Source: Owenia fusiformis (taxonomy: Eukaryota). From it: a stretch of DNA of 64,000 nt. Of this stretch, positions 39,530 through 53,000 are shown piece after piece. Below the pieces are notes generated by a model. The model saw nothing but the letters and a program-made list of their open reading frames with translations, had not been told where the DNA came from and made no database searches. Location: assembly GCA_903813345.2 (NCBI GenBank), contig CAIIXF020000001.1:31930001-31994000 (forward strand), in the 5' to 3' direction. The position numbers and the translations under genes were made by a program. Numbering within the stretch: position 1 is the stretch's first letter; every line of letters starts with the position of its first letter.

Positions 39530-39641
39530 CTTCATTGAACTTAGTATGTAGTCTTAGTTCATATGACCATCTACATCGGCTTTTATTTAGTCTCTTCTGA
39601 GAGCAATCTTTTGGAAAAGATCCTTTGGTAAAAACAGCCAT
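39530..39641 (-). other. Candidate 5' (first) exon of MKNK containing an upstream ORF start
   Basis: caaaATGGCT start, open for 37 codons +1 nt up to a GAAG|GTATGT donor; lies ~1.4 kb from the CHERP ATG in divergent orientation. Confidence 0.4.
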
Positions 39642-39949
39642 TTTGTTTTTCACTAAATATCAACCTCAAGAGATGTTTTTATAAATGGCAGATTAAATGA
39701 TTTTAAGTTTAGACGAAAGCATGCAATATCTCACAAAGGATAGTATTCATTTAGATCTGCATTCTATTTGATGGAATATTCTCATTATGATTTTTTAAAT
39801 AACATCTAAAAAACATTACCCCAGAATCAACGTTATCACTAGTGCACGGTGGTCCACATGCGATGTCTTCTAGCCAAGTTATTTGGCTAGAGACTCGAGT
39901 AAAGTCAGCCAAGTGCAACATGAATATACATCGAATGGAAATAAGTAAC

Positions 39950-40415
39950 TCATACTTACTCACTTCGAGAGCCATGTTAGATTTTGAAACTTATGCCTCT
40001 CAAACGGCGAAGTGAACAGCTCATCAATAGTGACCTTTGAAATCGAATTAAGTCGATCCGCGTTCTGCTCGGACATTTTCGTAAATCTCCGGAGGTTGTC
40101 CAAACCTAACTAATTCTCAAATTTCATTTCGTTCGTTGCGTATCTCGCACCTAGCAAACCGCCATATTGGAAATAGGTCTAAAAATCATTCACTCGATGA
40201 ACAATTTACAAGTCTTGATCGAAAAAGAAGTATTTTAGCGCTCTAATACTTACACAGATTGATGATACTGATGTAAGACACAGTTAGAGACCAAAAGTAA
40301 GCCGCGGATCGACTTAATTCGATTTCAAAGGTCACAATCATTCAGCTGTCAAAATGCTCCGTGGGAAAGCTATCAAAATCCAAATAGCTTTCGCAGGAAG
40401 TAAACTCATAGGCCT
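39950..40415. mobile_element. Inverted-repeat element between MKNK and CHERP
   Basis: Perfect 33-bp IR gtgacctttgaaatcgaattaagtcgatccgcg (40030-40062 / 40303-40335) with degenerate outward extension; boundaries approximate. Confidence 0.55.
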
Positions 40416-41062
40416 ACCTCTTATTCCCATAAGATCTATTGGGGACGGCTCATCATTCCCGCCCGACAGTTTTCTTAGTCCGGAACGTTTCTTTATTTAG
40501 TTTCAGTAATGAGAAGCTCCGTCATGCATGTAAGAGCGTTTGGGTTGGACACCGTGAAGTAGGCTAATTATTTCAATTTCATTTGAATTTGATCAAAACA
40601 AATCAAAATTCTAAAGTAGGTCAAACTTCAGTGCACGTTTTACATGGCAGTTAACAACACATATAAAAGTTGCTGTGTGCATAATGTGCAACAATCATTC
40701 ATTACAAGATTTTCCATGTAATTTCTTACAGCCAAGCGAATAAAAGTAAGAAATACCTGATTTGGTAATACGGTTTCCATCCTGGTCCAGCCAGCATATC
40801 AAATTCGTAATCTCGAACTTTCGCGTCTGGTAGATTTCATTACTTTCATCTTGTCTTTCCTTTGTTATATTATTTTAAGATTTTATTATAATACAAATGA
40901 TTATAAAATTGTCAATTAACTGCTTTATCTATCATTTTAGAAAATCCATGTAGAAAACATCGAAGTCTCGAAGAACGAGATTTCTGCTACCAAGTTTTTC
41001 ATGTTTTGTTCGGAAAATATATATGCGAGTTTTTGGATACTACTAGACATAATTCGGCAGTC

Positions 41063-44000
41063 ATGGAACTTCCAAAGCCTCCAGATGGTAGTGTATTTTT
41101 CATAACTAGAATCCCTCTATTGTCATATTTCTGATCGTAGGATAAATTCGTGTACACTTGTGATCAAAAGTTGCATGATTATTTTCTAAATCAAATCACA
41201 GATCAGTGAATGAGTGATTCAGGTGAACACTTAGGTCTAGCTTTCACTAGAGCAATCTACACATAGATGTTGGCCAGGGGCCGTGAATTCGTACGATCCT
41301 CAATCCAATCAGGATAAATTTTATCTTTTACAATAAATCTTGGATTACTAATCCGATAAATAGATCTATTTGGTGAATTCGTACAATCCGAGGATTGTGA
41401 GGGGGAATCCCCAAGATTTATCCATTTTACATTGGAATTCGGATAAAATTTATCTAAAAAGTAATCCACCTCAAGAGTTGGATTGAGATTTATCCTGAGA
41501 TTAATCCTAGGATCGTACGAATTCACTGATTTTTTTTAATTCTTGGATTAATCCCACAATGCATCATTACCATGATGAAATTTATCCAGATCGGAGCGTA
41601 CAAATTTACCGCCCCTGATCATTTTGCAGTAAGATCTAAAAGGCTCAAAGAATAATTCAGAAGACGAGACACCAAATTGGAAAATTTCAAAAAAGTGACC
41701 ACCTTTCAAAACGTTCCTTATACAAAATATGCCTGCTTCCTCGTGACAAATTTTGCACTTAATTTATAGCTGAGATCTTCATCTTTCTATTTCTACTTGT
41801 TTGGTTCGATAAATAACCTATGGACGCAGTAATTTGACTTTTAATACAGCAAATATTTTTCACTTGATCCTGGCTCTTGTGTGTCCAAATTAGAGAAGGG
41901 TCAGTCACGGTTCCGTTCGATTAACCACGGTTTTTGACCTTGCCTCACGGTTCTTCTGGGACCGTCTGATCACCAAGAACTCCAGAACGGTTCCATCACT
42001 CCCGGGGAAATACTTTATTTTCGTGCAGTGTAACATGAATCCCGATTTTTTGCGCAAATAATTACAGCTCTATTTAATCTAAATAGCGAATGAAAGTACC
42101 ATTTAAACGACAATTGAACAACTTCAAACGATCCATTGGGTAATAAAATCGTTTCCTTGGATATTTCATTGTGCATTATTGGTTACTATGGGAATTTCAA
42201 TTTTTACGTCATTTTATTTTGCTCTGCAGCGTATCCGTGTGAATGAAATGCTCTGTCATGCATGTAGGAGGGTTTGGGTTGGACACCGTGAATGGTCATT
42301 GAAAAAAACATGATAGAATTTATCCAGGAGACATTATATTTTCAGTTTTGGCCCTTTTGCCATTTTAGTAATAGAGTAAAGGGAGGCAATATTGTCCATG
42401 TTGGTAATTGTCAGGCACTCAGTATATTTCCTCCCTGTCCTCTAAAGTAAAGTTTTCATTAATACATATGTTCTGGCATGTTTCGCCCATACATTTTATT
42501 TTTCCATATTTGGCAGCGCAGTCCATCATCATACTTTTAATATTCAACAAACAACATGACCAGTATTGATTTTAGATGCATAGATCTAAGTACAAAAGTG
42601 AATGGACTATGGTAGGTTTAAAGTAACTACCTACCCTCTGCATTTGTTCTACTTCGCTTCTTAAAAGAGAGTTTCGTCATCACTCTTTCAGTTTACAATA
42701 AATCTCTGAACTCAGAGAGCCATTCAGAGTTTGTCGTCGACAGGAGACTTTCTATATATGGTAATTTCCTCTTATGTCATCGCATAGTTAATGAGAAATG
42801 ATCAGCATGGTAGGTTTAAAATGATTTATGACTTAAGTTGTCACAGGCATAGGCCGTGGGGGCGGGGCTACTAAACTGTGATATAGCTTGACTGCGAGCA
42901 GGGTAATAACTACATGTACCCTGTACCTCATGGGATCATGAATGCACATGTTAGGATGATCCAAAATTATACTAAAATAGTTTTGTTCATAGTATTAACA
43001 GTGATGATAGATGATGATAGCTTAACTATATGGAAGGATGCTTTAATCGAAAGGTATCATGGGAAACATTCATTTAGCACATGCATGAAAATGAACCGAA
43101 TCAGTTACAGATCCGAACAGAATCAGTTGTAGATTGCCCTTACTCAACAATAAAGGCACCTCTTTGAAAGGCTGACTTTATCTGTTACAACAGTCTTAAC
43201 ACGCCCCCTATCACACGTTTCAGAGTTCAGAATAGTGAATCCTGAAAGGGAAAACTGAAATCAGCTGCTTACTTTATATCTCCAAATGTTTTCTATATCA
43301 CAGTCACTGTCATCCATTTGCGAAAGTCTGTAGTTGTCTGCTGCTTCTGTGCAATCAGGACTTGTTACAACTTTTAACAAATTTTTAGCAGTTTCAGTTA
43401 CTGTGGCAATGAATTCATTTTACCTCGAAAAGAGATTATTTTTTGTGACTTGAGGGTGCCCAATGTTTGGTTCTAGTATTGTTACACATTGTAACAATTT
43501 GCAATAACTAACTTGGTGGTGACAATGTGACATCATTTTGTCATGTTGATGCCTTGTTTCAACTGAAAATATCTGGGCAAAAATGCACTGAATTGATTCT
43601 TAATAACAAATTCACAATTCCATGACTATGGGAGGGAATGACTTTGACACAAGACTGTAAGTTCATTAAAACCAGTGTTTTTGTCTGATTAAATGTAGCC
43701 ATGATTGAAAAATATATGATTCTAATTTTATTCTATTTTTGCTATTGCTAGATCCAGACTTGAAGAACATTATTGACAAGTTAGCTAACTTTGTTGCAAG
43801 AAATGGAGCAGAGTTTGAACAGATGACAAAATCTAAACAGAAGGATAATCCAAAGTTTTCCTTCTTGTTTGGTGGAGAGCACTACAACTACTACCAATTT
43901 AAAGTCACCACTGAACACTCAAGTAAGCACAGTAAAAGAAATCTGTGTATATTATAAGTCTTCGTATCAGCAAATTTTGTTTCGGCTGCATTTTTGTAAT

Positions 44001-47000
44001 TGTAATTCAATTGATGGGCATGTACAGTTAATACTAACTCAACTGATACTTATTTTAATGTTTATCATGGAATCAAAGTGAGATATTCAGAGATTGAAGG
44101 TAAATTTTAGACATACATGTACTTTTCAAATATTATGAGTATTCTTTATATTTTACAGTAAATGAAATTTGTAATGATAGGCATCTGTGGCAGTTTTTGT
44201 TTGTGATAAAAAATAACGTTTTTTAAACCAAATCTATTTCAATTTATTACCCTGGTACAAATACCATTTTATTTGAGATCTTTACATTTTTATTTGTAGT
44301 TTTGAACCAGCAAAAGAAGCAAGCTGCTTCTACAGTTACCATGCCAACTACTCTGCCCATGACAACACAGACTCTCCAACAGACCAGCATTCCACCTCCT
44401 GTGTGTATAATCTCCATTGTCAACATTGCATGTAAAATCTCATCAATGAAATTTTTTTATGAAAATTTAAATGAGTAAATTCCTCAATATTTTAAAATTG
44501 TTTCTGATGGAATTCGGAATTCACTGACTAAGTTCTTAAGAAAAAAATATTGCAGCTATATGAAAAAAGTATATGTACAAAAATATAAATAATTTTTTCC
44601 TCATTTATTTTGAAACTATTTTTGTAATTATTTTCAAAATACCATTCATGACAACATACAACAGTTTAAATAGCTGCTTTAATTTTGTTCAGGGAGTTGT
44701 GTGGCCAAATCCTACAGCTGTTCCACAACCATCTCAACAAATCCAACAATTACAACAACAAATCCAGCAATTACAACAACAAATTCAACAACAGCAAGAA
44801 ACTGCAGCCCAGCAAATCAAACAAAGCGAGGAAAACTTGTCTGCTCAGTACACTAGTATGATCCAACAGCAACAGGTAAAGTTAACCACTGCCACAGTGG
44901 TCTTTGTTTAGGATATAACTACATTCATAAATTAGAAATGACTTTCAATCAATATCGAAATGCATGTTTGCTTGATTTTTATAGTTCTTATAATTTAAAA
45001 GAAAAAGGAAAAAGTAATCTACATGAATGTCAAAAAATATATTAAACATGAAAATATTTGAGTCAAATGGAACTTTATATTGATCAAATTATCTATTTTA
45101 TCTTTTTTCTGTGATCAAATTAAGAATTAGTCCACTAAAATATTAATCGAAATGCTGTACATATTCCAGGGCCAGATAAATGAGGCTGTTGTGAAGGCTC
45201 GTGAGGCAGAGCTACAAGCATTATGCGATAAATGTGGCACTCAAATGTCTGAACTAGATACTATGGCTCAACCCATTATTGAATCCTGTACTAAAGATGC
45301 AATTTCTGTGAGTATTAATTATGAATCATGCATATCACATCTAAATCTAAAGGATAGATTTAGATATTAGAATTATTAGAATATTCAGAATTAGGTATAT
45401 TTCGAATTTGTACTTTTGAAGAATTTATATCAGCCATTCATTTAAAGAAGTTATAGCCTACTATTAGTTTATTTCATATTTTAAATTCCAGGGTGGCAAA
45501 AATTGGATATTCTCTCACAATACCTCACAAGAACATGGTGACATGATAGCACAATATATTCTAAAAAGGTGAGAAACACTAATACTTTAGTAGGAACCAA
45601 GGGTTCCCATGCACCCGAAAGATAGATATGTCTACTGAAAGAATTTTGATGTTAACATTGCCATCTACTGAGTGAACTTTTTTTTATTTATTTATTGAGG
45701 GGGCAAAATTATGAGCTGTTTTCATACAATTTTTGATATAGCTTTTTTAATAGATAACGAAAGGTGGTAACAAAATTTATGTAAGGAGCTTGTGATCCTG
45801 GAAGAATTGAAGTCTTTGCTTTACTAATGACTGAAAAAAATGATGCTTTTTTCAAAAATGGAGACACATCATTTTATATAGGAGTTTAGCGAACGCCTCT
45901 CGTTCCTATATTGCTCCTTCTATGGTGGTATCTTAGAGCTGGCATCGAATAGGATTTTAATGTCGACATGTCGGAGCTCTCGATCGACAACAATATCGAC
46001 ATTGTCGGGTCCAATGATATTCGAAAAATGAAAAAAAATTTGAAGAAAATCCGTCTGAATTTTAGATTTTCTAGGCTTGCAATTAGCAATACGATGCACA
46101 ATAGTCATCCTCAGTTGTATGTTTTATATTTAACTTACAGGTAAACCATGTTCAAGTATCAGACTTTGACGAAAAAGCAATAAATAGACTTAAACTACGA
46201 TTTCTGTTGTTATTTCCGGGCAGCCATTGAAAATAAATCTCGAGGGTAAATCTCGAGGGGCCCCGAGACCTAATTCGAGAGCAGGAAGTCGATCGAAACA
46301 AAAAAGAAAATTTGAAAATGTAGGCGGTAAAACTTCACTAAAATACACCATACAGCAGGTAGTAACAAAGATTTTAATTCATAGGGAAATAGCTTATTAT
46401 GTTGTGAGTTCCGACTGTCGATCAAGAGGCGTTGTGTCGACATGGGTGTCGCAGAGAGCATTCGACTGACAATTGACCATTCCGACATTTGATGCCAGCT
46501 CTATGGTATCTTTTGATTTGTAGTGTAGAACTAAGATTAAAAACATATTTAAGCTTGGTTTTTTAAAAGATTTTGGGTTTCTAAAACATAAAAATTTGAA
46601 AAATCATGAAATACAAGGTCTCAAATGGATGAATTTGGGGTATTATTAGTTTTTTATATAGCTTTTTTAATAGATAATGAAAGGTGGTAATAAAATTTAT
46701 GTAAGGAGCTTGGGAGTGGACCTATTGATCATGGAAGAATTGAAGTCTTTCATCATAAAATATCAATTATTTCAGTCACTAGTGAAGCAAAGACTTCAAT
46801 TCTTCCATGATCACTAGGTCCACTCCCAAGCTCCTGACATAAATTTTATTACCACCTTTCATTGTCTATTAAAAAAAGCTATATTAAAAAATTGTTTGAA
46901 AACAGCTTAAAATTTTGCCCCCTGAGGTACCCACTTTTTGCTAATAGTCCAAGTTTCATCAGAGCTATCTGCATGAATCTTTCTTTAAATGATTAATTAA

Positions 47001-50000
47001 TGTTATTTTCATGGTTCTCATGTACAAAAATAAAAATATCAATGATACTGAAAAAATTAAAAATATTGGCTCTATGGGAACCCTCGCTTCCTACTAAAGT
47101 AACAGTTTACTTTAATACCTTTAGTGTTTTCAATACAAATTATACCACCGTAGAATTGATATTTGAAGTTTTGTTATGTAACAGAAGTATCTGTATGTTC
47201 AGTCAATATCAGTAGCCTAATTATCAGGTGTTTATAACAATTTCAAAATGGTCATCTACAAGATTCAATCTTTTTCAGGGTGACCGACAAGACTGCTAGT
47301 TTTGACCTGAAGTTACACCTTATATATCTAATGAATGATGTTCTACATCACTGGTGAGTGCAGTTTAAAGTAGTAATAACTAATATAGCTTGGCCATTCA
47401 AAGCATGGCTCACCCAATGTCTAGATTTTTACAGCCCTCTATTTTATAGATCCGTCATATCTAAGAGTGACATCTATTTTTTTGAATCATGAAATCATTA
47501 TAACAAATCTTCTAGTCTGTGTTATAAGTAGTCGGTCCGTGTGATGAGTATTTTCATGATTACTATTTCCAATATTTCTTGTTGTTTGAAGAAATGGGTA
47601 ATATTTTTCCAAATTAAATGTGGATAATAGAGAGCTTTCGATAAAAGTTGTTTCGAAAACATATATGTAAACTTGTACTTAAAAGTGTCTTGTCACACTA
47701 AAATCAATTTTAACTTGATTTTCATGATGCACCGAGTTGACATAGATAGTTTCCAAATTCTAAACTGCATTCATCAATCAGTGACTGCGAATGTAATATC
47801 TGTCGCATCGTTGTTATGTAATCAACTCAATACCTAAAATCTTGTGGCATGGTGTTCTACACAAACGACCCTTTAACGTGGTTCATCACAGGGAAGGGTG
47901 AATTATTTCACAGTTCTTATAAAAGTTTAAGTTGAAATTATAATTTTAGCTTATAAAAAGGCATTTTAGATGATGATTGTAAAATTATAAATTGGATCTA
48001 CACATAAACCCTAACATACTAATGTGTGTTGACCGCTGGACCATGATCCCTATTCAAAATTAATAAGCTCAATATGTAAAGTATATCCAATCAAACAATC
48101 TAATCTGTGCTAGCGATTCCTGGAGTGAGCCATTTGGTTGCATAATAAACTCTCTCACAAGTACTTGTACTGGGTGTTTCATAATGTTCTTATAATGTCT
48201 TATAATATATATCTCATATAGAAATTCCTATTTCATTTTAGACAAAGAGATCTCACACATGTGATAATAGATAGATAATGGTATGTGATAATACAGTTTA
48301 AAAGCGACAAATGGTTTTAGCTTTAGAATTGTGACTCTAAACCCCTATGAAAAAAGTTAGAACTTGTATGCCCAAATTGTCAGTATTTTTGACTTGAAAC
48401 AATAAACCCTCATGTTCTTAGAATTTGAATATCTTCATTAATTATTGCTCAATACAGTTATAAGTAAGCTCAAAATACTGGGAATTTAATCACCTTTCCA
48501 ATGATACCTAATACACCCTTGTATGATTGCTCATTTCCGAGATCATAGGGGGAGGGGTGGATCTCTTTTTTCCAAACGCGGCGTTTCATATTTTCCTCAT
48601 TATTATTATGAAGTAATATACCATGCACGTTTATTTTAAATAATTAATTAAAATATTCATTTTCTAATTATTTAATGACTATTGTAATGCCAGTCGACGG
48701 AAATATATTGTATTGTAATTACAATTATTTATTGAAGTAATAAAACATTTTTCAACATCAATGAGGCCTGAAGTCAGTCTATCCTGAATATCTGGTTGCT
48801 ATGCACATTTCTTCAAATTTCTAAAAAATAACTAGATTTAGGTCATTGATCGGCCAAAATGATGTACATTTCTAGGTCCCGGGTCATAAGAAGGCGTCGA
48901 GAACGATGCAAAATCGTCAAATTATAAAAATAGATCTATGATTTTTCATTAATTCACTTTTGTGGCCACCATTTTTTCTGATTGATCAAGTGACATAGTG
49001 ACAAAGACCACTTTTCGACATGAATACATGTATTTTCTTTTTTGGTTTCAGTGTACGAAAGAATGCTGAGGGTCTGAAAGGGTCATTTGAAACAGTTGTC
49101 ACGCCAGTATTCTGTTCTGCTCATGTTGGCATGGAAGAGGAAAAACAACAGAAACTTACTAAGGTACCACGGCTATACTGGGGCTCTCTATCTTTATTAT
49201 TGAAATATATTTCATCTCATATGTGTAAATACAAGTCAATGCTAGAAGTGTGTTTATGAACTCTATTAGATCTTCAATTCTGTGATTTTGATTTTTATCC
49301 ATATAAATAATTCTTTACTTTACAATTTGAGCAGTTTCAAAATCTTGGATTTATTTTAAATGTAGTAAATGTATATGCAATTTCTATGAAACAGCAATAG
49401 GAGTTGTAAATGGTAAAAGTATTTGTTGGAATCCTGTTTTTGTCAGTTTTGCATAATTTTTTAACAATTTGTGATGTGTCTTTGTTTATAGCTACTAGGT
49501 CTGTGGGAGAAGAACAAATACTTTTCAGAGAATACTATACAGTTGATGAAAGACCCAGTGGCAGGACTAGCTACATATCAGGTATGGAAATGCATTTTGC
49601 ATGACTTCTATACTAAATACAGTGCTTTCAGTAGGTTTGTCCAAGAGTTCGTCACTGGGACGGATTGATTTTCAAAATGTGAGTCCCCCCTCAAAAAAGT
49701 GCGTACCGTGAAAAAAGGTTCCCAGGAATTCAAAGTCTCATTTTTACACTAAACGAAAAAATTGATGAAAAGTTTCAAACCAGTTTTGTTGTTTAACGGC
49801 AACAAACGTCTAGAATGTCACTAAATATGTACCTTCACTTGAAAGCGATAACTAATGTTCAACCATTAAATACGTATTTTCTTTTCGTATTTCGAAGCAA
49901 TTGTTCTTATGACAAGCCCAAAGTACGAACAAATTATGGTAGAGCTATGGTGTCTTTCACTGCACCGATAATTTGGAATGAATTAACTGATGAAATGAAA

Positions 50001-53000
50001 TCATCTGACAGCATCTTAATTATGAAAAAAGAACTCAAAAAGTACCTTCTTAAAGGTGCTACAAATAGTGCAGGGGGGCCATTCAACGATCATCGACAAG
50101 TGTCAAAATATATTTAGGTTTGGATATTTCATCAAGACTAACATATATTTTCATTATCTACAAAGAAACCCTCTGGATGAACATTATTTCAGCTGATATT
50201 CCTCTTGAAACATGGTGGATCTTAAAAAATCTATAAGCGGGACTCCCTTTATAGAATTGAATTTACACTTCTTAATGCTGACATTGATAGTTTATACATA
50301 CATTTTATGAAAATAGGTATGTCAAAGAAGGTATTAAGCCAAATATTGACCTGATAGCTCAGAAAAAATAAAAATTTTCGAATTTTCTTTCTACAGTCCT
50401 TATTGCCCCTTTAATCAATAGTATCATTCATAGTCTATGTTAGTTTTATAATGATTTGCGGGCCTAATATGGCACACTATTAAGCAGAAACAAATAGTAT
50501 GCATTATTGCACAAGCAGATCCCCCATATGTATTATTATAAAACACGGGAATATACACATTATGTGTCACCCGTTTATTGTAACCTGTTGTAAAGATATG
50601 ATTAAATAAGAATAAATAAATAAATAAAAAAATAAAAAAATAAAAAATTGGCACTAGGGGCAATCTCCGCAAGGTTTCATTTATTAGTTCCATTTTATGC
50701 GCATGCGCAACAAATCCAGTAATTTGGTTAGTTAAAATTATTAAGACGCATGCGCGATTGATAATCATGGCCAATCATAGGACTCGTACCGATTACCGCT
50801 CAGTACTGTAGCAACTACTTAGTGATTGTCCTATCACAGGCCTCGTACTATTTCGATCGGAAATCAACTTCCGGAAAAGAAACTTCGAAAGAAAATATTG
50901 TATTTCTTTTAAAAATAGAATATCCTTTGTTTATTTAGCGGATTTTGACCAAATGAAAGACTGAAGGTAAGATCTTTTTGCGAATCTATCAATTTTGTTT
51001 ATGAAAACACGGGACTTTGCGTCCAAAGGACGGATCTTTAAATTTTTTTGGAGTCCCTTCATCAAAATCTGGGTCCTCCTTAATGTTGAGGACGCATTAC
51101 TGAAAGCCCTGTAAATACATATTCATGATATAGAATTACAAGAACATTATATACAGTTAAACACCTGGCACAGCTTTGGTAGCCTAAATACACTGTTGCT
51201 CTTATACATGGAACATTTACCAATTTACCATTGAAATGCCAATATTCCATATATTTGACCAACAATGGAATGTAATCTTGGACTTTACAGGTTTTATTGA
51301 TATTTTATTGATATTTTTTATTTTGAATCTAGTTGGAGGGAGAGAAATGTATTTCAAAATGATGTAGTTTTGTCCTAACCAAAATTTAAGAAAATGGAGA
51401 AATTAGATCCCCTGGACCAGATATATTCAAATGTGTTCTGAGGTTGAAGGTTGATATTTCAGGCAAACAGTATCACAAAATATGGCAGTGTTGTAAGTCA
51501 GATCACACAGGCAGTGAACATTCAGTATAGTAATCTACAGAAACAGCACCAGGAGTTTGTGAATCACCTGAACAACCAGGTCTCTGCACTTCAGACACAT
51601 CTCACACAACAACAGGCTGTCTTACAGCAACAGCAACAAGGTAACTATATACAAACTTGCAATATATTGTGATGCTTTATTACAGGTGACAATGTAACTC
51701 CCCACTCACTAAGTCTTTAATTCATGAGTCGCAAGGGAGAGAAATGATCTAAATTATATAATCTAGTTTGAAGCCCTTCTGATTATCAAAAATGATAAAA
51801 TATTGTATCGATCTTTTTTAATGTTGAATACTGCATCTACACAATCACTCAAACAACCGCATAGTCCAGCTCATAGATTGTCTCGAAAAAAACATATCTT
51901 AGAGATTATTTATAATTAATAATTTAGTTAGCTAATTAAATACAGTGTGCCTCAATATATCTTTCAAAAATATTACTTCAATGAAGGAAAAAAGAGTAAG
52001 TACCATTTACTTTTTGGGACACTCAGTATATGTATATACATTTCAAGCAAGTTTATTATTCAATAGAAGTAATATGTATAATTCAGTCCATCAGTTCATG
52101 TTATGACCCAAAGTAGGTTATTTATTTCATAAACATTGTTTACATTTTGGTATAGTCTATGTACATGTATGTTGAAAAGTAATAGAGCAATTTTATATGT
52201 ACAAGCATGACACATTATCTTCCGGTGATTCATCTAGTATGATGGCCATTTTGGAAATTGATGGATAGTCTCCCTCGATGTTTTGCCATGTCTTTGCCAC
52301 ATAGAGATATATACTATATAGTCAAAATTTCAATCTGTCTGTCAAGTGTTTGCCCAACGTCATCACCTGTTAAAAATAGAATAAGAAGTACCAATTTAAA
52401 ACAAACTTGAAAATGATTCATGTTGGATTAACACAGAACTCCTTGTTACTTGTAAGAATTTCAGTTCAATCATTAAACAAACTTGTCATATTTACCAGTG
52501 TTCAAAATGAATTACGATCATTAGACTACATGTTACCTACTAAGAATTTCAAACATCTAACCAAATAAGGAATTTGATTGGGAAGGAAGTGGTTTTGAGT
52601 ATAACTTTTTAGAATTTGAACTCATTTACAATATGCTGCATTCGTACTTGCCATATTTGGCATTGCTTTGTGTGTAATTCTGATTACTTCTAAAAATTTC
52701 ATATACCCAACTAAATTAGGTAGGTTAGTGGGATGGTGTTTAAGTATCACTATTGAATGTAGGTGCATTTAGTATTTCTATTATTACCTAAATATACCTA
52801 TATACAGGATGGGCCAAAAAATGCCACTTTTTTTCAAAGTGCTATAACTTTTTAAATTTTTGAAGATGCAATCTAGCCATGGATTATGAATTGTCAATTT
52901 TACTTGAATAAAGTATGCCACCAGCATCTCACTTAAAGATGTGGTGTACCATGAGTAATGAACAGAATTTGCATAATGTACCTGAACTGACACGGCCTGA

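Noticed and set aside
43001..43176. RTGATGA boxes suggesting an intronic C/D snoRNA
   Set aside because: No terminal stem or well-placed D box could be supported by eye
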